Translations under genes and position numbers: made by a program
Notes under the pieces: model-generated
The model's database searches: none
What the model saw: only the letters and a program-made list of their open reading frames with translations
Told to the model about the DNA's origin: nothing
Part shown: piece by piece, positions 48,915-58,084 of the stretch
Layout: each line of letters begins with the position of its first letter
How positions within the stretch are numbered: position 1 is the stretch's first letter
Assembly (NCBI GenBank): GCA_963835065.1
Contig: CAWIEK010000015.1
Span: 1-64,000 of the forward strand
Source: an uncultured Chthonomonadaceae bacterium
Lineage (GTDB): Bacteria > Armatimonadota > Chthonomonadetes > Chthonomonadales > Chthonomonadaceae
Direction: 5' to 3'
DNA length: 64,000 nt

Positions 48915-50775
48915 CTAAACTCTCTCCGGCATGTTCAGCAGCAGTTTTTCCGCGTCCACGATCTCGTAACGGTAGCCCTGTTCGGTCAGGAAGAGTTGGC
49001 GGTGCGTGGCGAACTCCTGATCGCGGGACTCGCGGGTTACGAGCGAGTAAAAGTGCGCGATGCTGCCGTCGGTTTTGGGACGCAGGACGCGGCCCAAACG
49101 CTGCGCTTCTTCCTGCCGCGAACCGAACGTGCCCGATACCTGAATGGCGACATTGGCGTCCGGCAGGTCAATGGAAAAGTTGGCGACTTTGGACACGATC
49201 AGCACCTTGAACTCGCCCCGCTTGAACGCCGCGTAGATTTTTTCGCGTTCGCGCTGCGCGGTTTTGCCCGTAATCACAGGGCGCTTCAAACCTGTCCACG
49301 ATGTTTTGCAGTTGTTCCAGATACTGCCCGATGATGAGAACGTGGTCGTCCCGGTGCTTTTCCAGCAGGGCTTCGATGATGTCTTCCTTGCGCGGATTGA
49401 CGCTTGCCAGCCGGAACTTTTCGCGCGGGTCGGCAATGGCGTATTCCAGCCGGTTGTTCTCTTCCATCGGAATACGGATTTCCGTACAAATGGCGGTGGC
49501 GATCCAGCCCTGCTTTTCCAGTTCCTTCCACGGCACGTCGGCTTTTTTAGGACCGATAAGCGAGAACACGTCGTCCTCGCGCCCATCCTCGCGCACCAGC
49601 GTTGCCGTCAGTCCCAATCGCCGCTTGGCCTGAATTTCCGCCGTGATGCGAAACACGGGCGCGGGCAGCAAGTGGACTTCATCGTAAATGATCATGCCCC
49701 AGTCGTGGCGGTTGAACAGTTCCAGATTGAGATACCCTTCCGCCCCGCCCAGCACCATTGGCGCGTCAGACGCAGTTGTTCCCTCCGCTCCAAAAGCCGC
49801 CGCTTCCGCTCCATCCCAATCGTCAATGGGCATTTCGGCAAAATCGCCCGCTTCCCCGGCTTTCTCCCTGTCCTTTTTTGCTTTTGCCTGCTTCGCCTTT
49901 TCAGGGTCGCGGCGGGCCGTCAGTACCTGATACGTGGCGATGGTGACGGGGCGAATGTTTTTGCACTCGCCGCTGTATTCGCCGATGTCATCCGGGTGAA
50001 TCGTGGTCTTGTCCAGAATCTCGTCGCGCCACTGGTGCGCAGCCGTAATGCCCGTCACGATAATCAGCGTCCGCATTTGCGCCAGCGCCATCGCCTGTAT
50101 GCCGATGATGGTTTTGCCCGCGCCGCAGGGAAGCACGAGGACGCCGCTGCCGCCCGCCGCCGAGCCGCCCATCCAAAACTGATTGGCCGCTTCCTCCTGA
50201 TAATGGCGCGGCAGAAACGGCTTTCCCCCCCGCGTCACTTCGCGCAGCCGCACTTCCAATGCTTCGCCGTCCGTGTACCCGGCCAAATCCTCGACGGGAA
50301 AGCCCAGTTTCAGCAGCACTTGCTTCACGCGCCCGCGCTCCAGCAGGGGAATCTCCATCGTGCGCGCGTCAACCTGCCGCAGCAGGTACTTTTGCACCTG
50401 CTTGTTGTGCCGAATTTCGGTCATCAGCAGGTTATCGTCGGCCTGGAGCATCAGGGCATTGTCCTGCTTCATCAATTTCAAGCGCCCATAGCGGCCCACA
50501 TAATCGCGTATCTCGTGCAGAATGTTACCCGGCACGTCGTACTTGCTGTACTCGTGGAGAACGCCCACCATCTCTTCCGCGCTCACTCCCGCCGCCCGCG
50601 CGTTCCACAGGGAAAGGGGCGTCAGGCGATAAGTATGGATGTGTTCGGGAGATTTGATCAGTTCGCAGAAAGCGGCCAGTTGGTCGCGGCACTCGGCGTA
50701 GCGGGGATTGTCCACTTCCAGCAGCGCCGTCCGGTCGGACTGCACAATCAGCGGATTCTGCGGATTATAAACCAT
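48915..50775 (-). CDS. XPB/Rad25-family DNA helicase (frameshift near 49285)
   Basis: PLIVQSDRT…KSPEHIHTY, LPCGAGKT, DEVH, QEEAQRLGRVLRPK. Confidence 0.93.
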
Positions 50776-50954
50776 AAAAAGAAACCTCCTCAACACAAAG
50801 CAAGCGCCATCAGCAGCGAACCGATAGAACACCATCCAATGGATACAACAATATCAACAGCAACGCCGCCTCGCGGCGGCAAAAGTCAACAGTAAAGTTT
50901 ACCCGATATTGGAAAAATGGCACAATAGCGGATTCACAACCTGAATAGTTCTAT

Positions 50955-51230
50955 TCATGCGCGCGTTGTCCTTTCCAAAACGCCGCCCACAGCGTATACG
51001 GCGTTGTAACCAATGCGCTCTCCGTACAAAGCCGCTCCCGGATGTTTTGCCAACATGCGCAGGCTTGCCGCGAGGCCATCGTCATCAATGTCATACTCGC
51101 CCGTCTCAATGTCAATGACAATTTGCTTGCCGATATTTTCTTCTGTTTCTACTCCGAGGCGGATGCGGTTTTCATAAAGTTCCTTGCCGCGCCGTCCTAC
51201 CTCTTCTATACTGAATCGGGAGTGTGCCAT
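50955..51230 (-). CDS. Small hypothetical protein
   Basis: 91-aa ORF with GKQIVIDIETGEYDID…RIGY pattern. Confidence 0.6.
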   Translation of the reverse strand: MAHSRFSIEEVGRRGKELYENRIRLGVETEENIGKQIVIDIETGEYDIDDDGLAASLRMLAKHPGAALYGERIGYNAVYAVGGVLERTTRA

Positions 51231-51399
51231 TTACTTTGCCTTTCCGAATGTATTGTGTTATTATACGCTAAAACGCGGACTTGCGGCAAAAAGGCAGGAT
51301 GGCAGTTGGAACACGGGGAGGCAACAAGAACCGGGCGCTGTTTGCGCCCGGTCCATATTACACATGACCGGTTACACATTGCCGGAGAAACGGCCAATG

Positions 51400-52176
51400 T
51401 CAGGAGCAGGGGAAAGCGGGGCGAGTGCGGCGCAGGCGCTTTGTGCGCCACAGCAGACCCGCGACGACGGCGCAGACAGCAAAAGCCGCCGCGCCGGGTT
51501 CGGGCGTCGTCGAGCCGGACGGGGAACCGTTGATATTGAACGACGATGTGGTGAAATTGGGACCGAAATAGCCACCGGCGGCGTCCTGGGTACTCGGCAG
51601 CGCTAAATTAACGCTTGGCTGATAAAAACTGTGCAGGTAGGCGACATGGAGATCGTGGGTAAGTTCCGTCTGGGGATTTTGCACGTAGGTATAGTTTTCA
51701 CCATGCGATACGCCCGCAATGATGTACGTGCCGCCGGAAAGCAGCGTGTAAGGGCCGGTGATCAGGTTGCCGCTTGCGTCTTCCAACTGATCCGCATAGC
51801 GGAAGTTGCTGTCCAGCAGCGTGGAAGCCTGGGGCACAATCGCCTGTACCAGCAGAGCGCCTCCGGTAGCGTTGTAAATGCCGACTTCATGGCTGGCCGT
51901 AAATCCATCGGGGCTGGTGGTTGTGCCGCTGCCGGGATCGCTGCGGGGCGCTGTGCCGCTGTCGTAAAAACCAAGATTATAAACAGAGACATTCGCATTG
52001 ATCGTAAACTCGTAGCCCACCGCCCAACTGGCCGCCGCCGGGCTGGTAAAGTCGAAGCGTGTGACGCCGGGCACAAAATCAAAGGCTTGCGTTTGCGCCC
52101 TGCCCTGCGCGGGCAGCAGACCGGAAGCGCACACGGCAAGCAAAAAGGGGAGGGGGAAGCGTAATCGGCAAACCAT
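51400..52176 (-). CDS. Secreted PEP-CTERM-like surface protein
   Basis: Signal peptide; VGYEFT…LGFYD beta domain; C-terminal TPEPG + hydrophobic helix + basic tail. Confidence 0.8.
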   Translation of the reverse strand: MVCRLRFPLPFLLAVCASGLLPAQGRAQTQAFDFVPGVTRFDFTSPAAASWAVGYEFTINANVSVYNLGFYDSGTAPRSDPGSGTTTSPDGFTASHEVGIYNATGGALLVQAIVPQASTLLDSNFRYADQLEDASGNLITGPYTLLSGGTYIIAGVSHGENYTYVQNPQTELTHDLHVAYLHSFYQPSVNLALPSTQDAAGGYFGPNFTTSSFNINGSPSGSTTPEPGAAAFAVCAVVAGLLWRTKRLRRTRPAFPCS

Positions 52177-52516
52177 GCGAGTTCTCCTGTCCTGCTATCA
52201 ACGAGTTTCGGCTGCAAACGAAGCGTGACTTTGTACCAACGCACACACGAACGAACTCGATGAGCGGAATAATGAATGGGATTGCGGAACTAAAAACCAA
52301 GTTTTTGCGCTTGTGGTACGCGCAGCCGTAGCCAAAGGAAGCGTTGTTCTTCATTGTCGGCAGACGCCCTTCCGTTCTTCAGGTAATAATCGGGGTGGAG
52401 GAAGTCATAACTGAAGAATTCAGCAGGATACGCGGCTGCGCTTGTCGTGACGCGGAACAATAACATTGCGTCCGATTGCCGACTCCCAACTCCTGCCCTC
52501 TTTTTCCTTTTCGCCC

Positions 52517-52546
52517 TTGACAAAAGCGTGTCCGCGCCCGTATACT
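52517..52546 (+). promoter_or_regulatory. Sigma70 promoter of the tRNA operon
   Basis: TTGACA, 18 nt, TATACT. Confidence 0.75.
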
Positions 52547-52590
52547 AAGTGTGCTTGACGGTGCGCAAACTGCGTTGCGTCATTCGCTGT

Positions 52591-52665
52591 GGGGATATCG
52601 TCTAGAGGTTAGGACGAGGGATTTTCAGTCCTTAAGCCGGGGTTCGATTCCCCGTATCCCTACCA
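52591..52665 (+). tRNA. tRNA-Glu(TTC)
   Basis: Cloverleaf with loop TTTTCAG, GGTTCGATTCC, 3' CCA. Confidence 0.9.
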
Positions 52666-52745
52666 AGTAGGCACTAGATATTAGGCATTAGGCATTAGTG
52701 AATTCTTCTAATGCCTAATGCCTAATGCCTAATGCCTTTTTACCC

Positions 52746-52827
52746 GCCGAGGTGGTGAAATGGCAGACACGTACGCTTGAGGTGCGTATGCTCAAAAGGC
52801 TTGCAGGTTCAAGTCCTGTCCTCGGCA
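52746..52827 (+). tRNA. tRNA-Leu(GAG)
   Basis: GCCGAGG/CCTCGGC acceptor, loop TTGAGGT, variable arm, GGTTCAAGTCC. Confidence 0.93.
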
Positions 52828-52841
52828 TCCTTTGTTAGTAC

Positions 52842-52877
52842 GCCCCGCATTTTCTGGTTCAGAAAGTGCGGGGCTTT
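52842..52877 (+). terminator. Intrinsic terminator after the tRNAs
   Basis: GCCCCGCATTTTCT…AGAAAGTGCGGGGC followed by TTTG. Confidence 0.7.
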
Positions 52878-52977
52878 GTGTTTGGAGTTTACGACTGGAA
52901 GCCGGGGGTATTTGCCGCTTGGCTGCGAGGCGTTCGGGCGTGAAAAATAAAAGGAAGCGATAAGGAGGCAAAGCGGG

Positions 52978-53403
52978 ATGAAAGTAAAATTTGTTTGTAT
53001 GGTCTTTTTGATGCTGTTGAGTTTGAGCCTGCGCGTTCCTGCGCGGGCGGACGAGACGAGCTATCCTATTGACAAATGGCTTTCCAAAACCATTGCCAAA
53101 AACCATTCTACAATGGGAATACGCCATGCCACCATCAAAGCCCGCGAAATGTGGGATGCGGAAATGAACCGCGATTACAAGCGGCTGATGAACGCCCTGA
53201 AACCGGAGAGTCGGGCAGTCCTGCTCAAATCGCAAAAAGCGTGGCTGGCCTTTCGGGACGCGGAATTTGAAACCAATGTCGTGCTGATCGCCTCCAAGCG
53301 GGGCACGATGTGGCCGATGCTTGCCGATAGCAACGCGCTTCAAATCGCGCGTACCCGCGCCCTCCAAATCAAAGATTATGCGCGACATGCAGGCGGCGGA
53401 TAG
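52978..53403 (+). CDS. LprI/DUF1311 lysozyme-inhibitor-like protein
   Basis: Signal peptide; WDAEMNRDYKRL…SQKAWLAFRD. Confidence 0.85.
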   Translation: MKVKFVCMVFLMLLSLSLRVPARADETSYPIDKWLSKTIAKNHSTMGIRHATIKAREMWDAEMNRDYKRLMNALKPESRAVLLKSQKAWLAFRDAEFETNVVLIASKRGTMWPMLADSNALQIARTRALQIKDYARHAGGG

Positions 53404-53480
53404 AGGACCTGCGGCCTCCCCCCATGAATAGGCATAGATAAAGGCATCACATTCCTTATACGGTAAGGTAAACAACAAGA

Positions 53481-53522
53481 AACCCCTGTCCCATGCATAT
53501 AAAGCGCATTGAACAGGGGTTT
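53481..53522. terminator. Bidirectional terminator
   Basis: AAACCCCTGT…ACAGGGGTTT between convergent genes. Confidence 0.6.
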
Positions 53523-53610
53523 GAAGTCAGGCGCTTCGTCTAAGCGGATGAGCGTTGAAAGTTCGCAGGTACTGCATCTCTATTAATGAGAACTATCAAC
53601 TGTCAACTGC

Positions 53611-54021
53611 TTAGTAACGGTCGCGTCCGCCGCCACCGCCACCACCGTAGCCGCCACCGCCGCCACCGCCGTAGCCACCGCGATCACGGCCACCGCCGCC
53701 ACCGCCATAACCACCGCCGCCGCTGCGTCCGCCGCCACCGCCACCACCGTAACCGCCGCCGCCCGAACGCTCTTCACGCGGGCGCGCTTCGTTGACCGTC
53801 AATGTGCGGCCACCCATCAGGGTACCGTTCAATGCGGAAATAGCCGCCTGCGCTTCGGAGTCCGTGCCCATTTCCACAAAGCCGAAGCCTTTGGACTGGC
53901 CCGTGTACTTGTCGGTGACAACGCTTGCCGAGGACACCGTGCCCGAAGCGCTGAACAGATTTTCGAGGTCAGCGTCCGTCGTGGAGTACGGCAGACCGCC
54001 TACATAAATGCGCGTTCCCAT
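53611..54021 (-). CDS. RRM RNA-binding protein with Gly-rich tail
   Basis: RNP2 IYVGGL, RNP1 KGFGFVEM, GGGGY repeats. Confidence 0.95.
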   Translation of the reverse strand: MGTRIYVGGLPYSTTDADLENLFSASGTVSSASVVTDKYTGQSKGFGFVEMGTDSEAQAAISALNGTLMGGRTLTVNEARPREERSGGGGYGGGGGGGRSGGGGYGGGGGGRDRGGYGGGGGGGYGGGGGGGRDRY

Positions 54022-54593
54022 CTGAATGGTCCTTCTTCCCTGCCCGCACACGACGCTTCCGCCGTCACGGAACATGGGAAATCAATAACATGCCGCCGAC
54101 ACACAAGCGAAACCGGCAGCGAGAGCATCACGTGAAGCCTGTCAATATCTTCACGATCTGGAACGGGCGGCAGGAACAAGGAGAAGGAGCCTGGGTGCGA
54201 AAGCCGGGTCAGCAGAGACTAAACGAAGCTCTCAAGGCATCAATGCGTCCGCAAGGTTCTTCAAACATTCATGTCGTCGAACAGATATGCTAGTGTACAC
54301 CTGATTACGCCTACTGTCAAGCGATTCTCAAGGCTGCGTCAATTGGTTTTTAGCAATAAATACGAATTTGCCCTCCAAAGTAGGAAAAGATTGCCACAAT
54401 CCGCTAATCCGGGCGCAAAGCCGTTGCAATTTGGCGTGGACTATGCTACAATATCTCCATTATTCTGCTGTCAGCGTGGGGATATGGCGACTTAACTCTT
54501 GTCCTGCCGGTAAGAGCGCCAGCGCCAAAATATCGGAACTGACAACTAAAGATAATGGTTTTGCCTGTGTGCCTTGCGTTTGCGCGTTTGTCT

Positions 54594-54687
54594 GGAGAGG
54601 TGGCTGAGTGGTCGAAAGCGGCTCACTGCTAATGAGTTGTAGTGTGCTTCAAACACGCTACCCCGGGTTCGAATCCCGGCCTCTCCG
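54594..54687 (+). tRNA. tRNA-Ser(GCT)
   Basis: GGAGAGG/CCTCTCC acceptor, loop CTGCTAA, long variable arm, GGTTCGAATCC. Confidence 0.93.
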
Positions 54688-54790
54688 TTCTTCTTTGCTG
54701 TTGGCCCCGCTGCCGGCGCTTTATCCTCGCGTTTTACCCGCATAATCGCTTGTTTGAATATCTGTTTCATTTTCGCGCCCATTCAAGAGT

Positions 54791-56032
54791 TTGCGTTCAT
54801 TCAAGTTGCGTCCATTCAAGAAGTTTCGTATTCCACGCCGCGACGATGTCCGGTATTCCACATTGCGAAAGGTGTTGCCTGTGTTGCTTCTCGCCAGCCG
54901 CTCATTTCGCCTGCGCCCACTGCCTGTTTTGTTTGGCGTTCTGCTTACGGGGAGCGCGGTCCTGACGCCCCTGAACAGCCGCGCCGCGACCGGAGCGCAG
55001 TACGCGCAATTGCGCCGCCAGCATCGCTGCGATTTGAAACTCTCCTATGTGGACGCGCAGGCGGATGCCGCCAAATATGTCGGCAAGGTGCTGGAATTGC
55101 GCGGCGTGATCGGCGGGATGGCCGAAGGCGCGCAAAGCGTATCCGTAATGCTGAACATGGAGGGTGGCATCGCGCCCACTCTGGAAGTGCCGCTTGCCGA
55201 AGCCGGTCCCATTCGGGAGGGAAGCGCTCCCCATGTGCGCGTTCTGGTTCGCGTGGCCGAAGGCAGCAGCGGCAATGTCCTGCCCCTGACCGTTTTGGCC
55301 GTCGCTTCGGAAAGCGAAGTGGACGCGCAGGACAAAGCGGCGAACGCGCAGGCGGATTTGAAAGCCCGTAAAGCGGAACTGGCGCGGCAGGAGCGCGAGC
55401 GCTGGCATCAGCAGGTGCTAAAATCCGCGCCCCGCAATGCGGCCCCCTCGCGTAGCGGTTATTTCCGCCCGCAAACTCCCTTTGCCCCGCCCGTCGCGCC
55501 GCCTGATGTGGCGCAATCCCTCGGCCCGCGCGTCCGGGACTGCTACCCGGCCTACTACGCTTTTATTAACAGCCATAACCGCAAATTGGGCGCGAACATG
55601 GCCGCGCAAATCGCGTATTACCTGTTAGCGTTCGCCGACAAGTACAACGTAGACCCGCGCCTGGTCACGGCCATGATGATCGCCGAGTCGGATTTCGATC
55701 CCATGTCCACCAGCCATTCCGGGGCGATGGGATTGGGGCAATTAATGCCCGACGAGGTGAAAAGTCTTGGCCTGCACAACGGCTACGACATCAAAGACAA
55801 CATCTACGGTTCCATCGTCAACCTGCGCTCGGATTTGGACAGTTTCGCCAGCCTGGGCGGGCCGAACGGAAGCCTGTCCATCGAGCAGATCCGACTGGCG
55901 ATGGCGACGTATAATGCCGGGCCGAACGCCGTCAAGAAGTACAAAGGCGTTCCTCCCTATCGCGAAACGCAGGGTTATGTCAAGCGCGTCGTCCGGCTGT
56001 ATCGGCAGTTCTGCGGCCTTCCGCCGGAGTAA
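54791..56032 (+). CDS. Lytic transglycosylase (SLT domain)
   Basis: IAESDF, GAMGLGQLMP, ATYNAGP, ETQGYV; true start uncertain. Confidence 0.88.
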   Translation: MRSFKLRPFKKFRIPRRDDVRYSTLRKVLPVLLLASRSFRLRPLPVLFGVLLTGSAVLTPLNSRAATGAQYAQLRRQHRCDLKLSYVDAQADAAKYVGKVLELRGVIGGMAEGAQSVSVMLNMEGGIAPTLEVPLAEAGPIREGSAPHVRVLVRVAEGSSGNVLPLTVLAVASESEVDAQDKAANAQADLKARKAELARQERERWHQQVLKSAPRNAAPSRSGYFRPQTPFAPPVAPPDVAQSLGPRVRDCYPAYYAFINSHNRKLGANMAAQIAYYLLAFADKYNVDPRLVTAMMIAESDFDPMSTSHSGAMGLGQLMPDEVKSLGLHNGYDIKDNIYGSIVNLRSDLDSFASLGGPNGSLSIEQIRLAMATYNAGPNAVKKYKGVPPYRETQGYVKRVVRLYRQFCGLPPE

Positions 56033-56287
56033 AACTTTTGGCGTATTCCGGGGATTTTTATCAGGAACAACTCTCTGTTTGCCTCCGTCTATTGACTGTT
56101 GGTTCGGTTCCCCGGCCTTTGCGCCGGACGCGGACGCAGGCCAGAACATCGGCACAAGCAATACACGTTCGCGTATCAAGGTTTCAGCGCGTTGAAAGGT
56201 CACTGTCCTCCCAACGTTTTACCCTTGATGCGCGAACGTTTTCATTTTAACGCGCTTATGTGATCAGAAGATCAAAAGGAGACTGCC

Positions 56288-57031
56288 ATGCAGACGGAAC
56301 CCGTCAGCAAACAAATTCAGGAAATCGAGGCCATCAAGCGGCAAAAACGCATGTGGTCATGGGGAACCACCGGGCTGTTGCTTGTGTTCGTTATCTCGTG
56401 CATCCTGTCCCTGCGCAGCGCCGTTTATGGGCTGGTGAATGAAGGCCCGACCCGCGAGCAGTTTCAAAAGAAACTCGGCGACAGCGTACAAAAGGACGCT
56501 CTGCCTAAAATCCAAGCCTACGGCGAGGAAGCGATACGCGGCGTGGATTACGCCGGGGCCGTCAAAAAACTCAATGAACACACTCCGCAAATGGTGCAGG
56601 CCACCAAGGATCAACTGCAAGCGCTCAACAAGGACCTGACCGACAGGGGCAACAACGTTTTCAACAAAACATTTCGCGCCGCCGTTGAGGATCATGACAA
56701 GAAGATTCGCGCCATGTTCCCTGATGCCACCGAAGAGCAGGTGAAGGGCCTGATGTCGAATCTGACCAAAGAAGCGCAGGAGCAGGTTGCCGACATCAAC
56801 GAGACGCTGTTCGGCGAACACAAGAAAGCCCTGGACAGCATTATCGCTGATATGAACGCTATCCAGCGCTCGGAACCCAATATCAGTGGCGAAGTGCCTA
56901 CCTATGAGTATGCGCTGATGCTTTTCGACATCGCCCGCGAAGACCTGAAGAGCCTGACCCCACCTGATAAAGCCAAACCGACCGGCAACAAGTCCGCCGC
57001 CAATCCGGCTGCCGGAAAGGATAAAAAATAA
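56288..57031 (+). CDS. Single-pass membrane helical protein
   Basis: One N-terminal TM segment and a coiled-coil-like body; SD AGGAG. Confidence 0.7.
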   Translation: MQTEPVSKQIQEIEAIKRQKRMWSWGTTGLLLVFVISCILSLRSAVYGLVNEGPTREQFQKKLGDSVQKDALPKIQAYGEEAIRGVDYAGAVKKLNEHTPQMVQATKDQLQALNKDLTDRGNNVFNKTFRAAVEDHDKKIRAMFPDATEEQVKGLMSNLTKEAQEQVADINETLFGEHKKALDSIIADMNAIQRSEPNISGEVPTYEYALMLFDIAREDLKSLTPPDKAKPTGNKSAANPAAGKDKK

Positions 57032-57834
57032 TGTCTGACCACTTCACTTCCAGCCCGGATCCGCAAAAGAACTCGACGCCTTCTACAACGCCGCCGCCCA
57101 TGCCGCCTACCGGAGGCGCGGTTGTCGTGGGTTCCTCCGGCGACGTTGCCGCCGAGCGCTATATCGCGTCGCAATTGCAGCACGAGCGCCAAACCCTGCG
57201 AGTTTCCCAGATTGTCAGCGTCCTGGTATTGCTGTTCGTGGGCGGCTATCTGTACGCCATCACCAGTACGTTCAAGAGAAACCTGGAACCGGATGCAGCC
57301 GCCCAAATCGCCAGCGGCATAATGATGCAGCAGATTGACGCAAACGGGCCGGAGTTCGTGCAGCAGGTGCGCGAACAGGTTCCGCAGTATATCGAAAAAA
57401 CCCCGGACTACGTGTTGGCCGAACTGCCCAAGTATCGGATGCAGATCGCCGACCGCGTGGAGCAGGACCTGAACAAGTATTGCTCGGAAACCTCCAAGCA
57501 ACTCAGTGACAAGATGGACAGCCTGCTCGATGAACACAAAGACCATGTGCAGGCGATGCTCAAGGACGGCAACGATCCCGCGACCGTCAAGCAGATGGGC
57601 GAGGATATGAAGCAGAAATTCCATGAGTACATCAACTCGCAACAGGCGAACGGCCAGTCTGTGGGCGAAGAGATTGACAAAGCGCTGGAAGCCATGACGG
57701 ACGTGCAGAAGCGGGTTCACCGTTTAGCCACCGCCACCAACCTGACACCGCAGGAAAAGAAAGCGCGTCACGCCATTGCCGTGCTGACGCAGGGCATTGA
57801 CGCCCACAAGCCAGAACTTCAACTCCAGAAGTAA
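57031..57834 (+). CDS. Single-pass membrane helical protein
   Basis: Coupled to the upstream gene; one TM segment and amphipathic helices. Confidence 0.7.
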   Translation: MSDHFTSSPDPQKNSTPSTTPPPMPPTGGAVVVGSSGDVAAERYIASQLQHERQTLRVSQIVSVLVLLFVGGYLYAITSTFKRNLEPDAAAQIASGIMMQQIDANGPEFVQQVREQVPQYIEKTPDYVLAELPKYRMQIADRVEQDLNKYCSETSKQLSDKMDSLLDEHKDHVQAMLKDGNDPATVKQMGEDMKQKFHEYINSQQANGQSVGEEIDKALEAMTDVQKRVHRLATATNLTPQEKKARHAIAVLTQGIDAHKPELQLQK

Positions 57835-57980
57835 TTTCATCGTCTGTTGTGTTGCCGGGTACTGAAAACGCTTGCTGTGAAATAGCGCCCGTGTGGTTGG
57901 CAGGGGTTGAAAACCCCTGTCTGGACAAAGCAAGCGTCTTTCAGACGCGCTCATGCTTTCTGGAAGTTGCGTCTTGCAGA

Positions 57981-58020
57981 AAAGAAGCCGCGTTCCTAAA
58001 ATTAGGAACGCGGCTTCTTT
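57981..58020. terminator. Bidirectional terminator
   Basis: AAAGAAGCCGCGTTCCTAA-AA-TTAGGAACGCGGCTTCTTT perfect inverted repeat. Confidence 0.8.
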
Positions 58021-58084
58021 ATGGCTTCCCACATTATATTTGCGTGTATTCGCGTGTATTTGCGGCTAAAATCCTCTCTGACTA

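Noticed and set aside
49264..50895. Long antisense ORFs (also 824-2023, 31528-33000, 44015-45244, 58811-60193)
   Set aside because: Shadow frames of GC-rich genes on the opposite strand, without motifs
53636..53762. CCGCCA-type tandem repeats
   Set aside because: They encode the Gly-rich tail of the RRM protein
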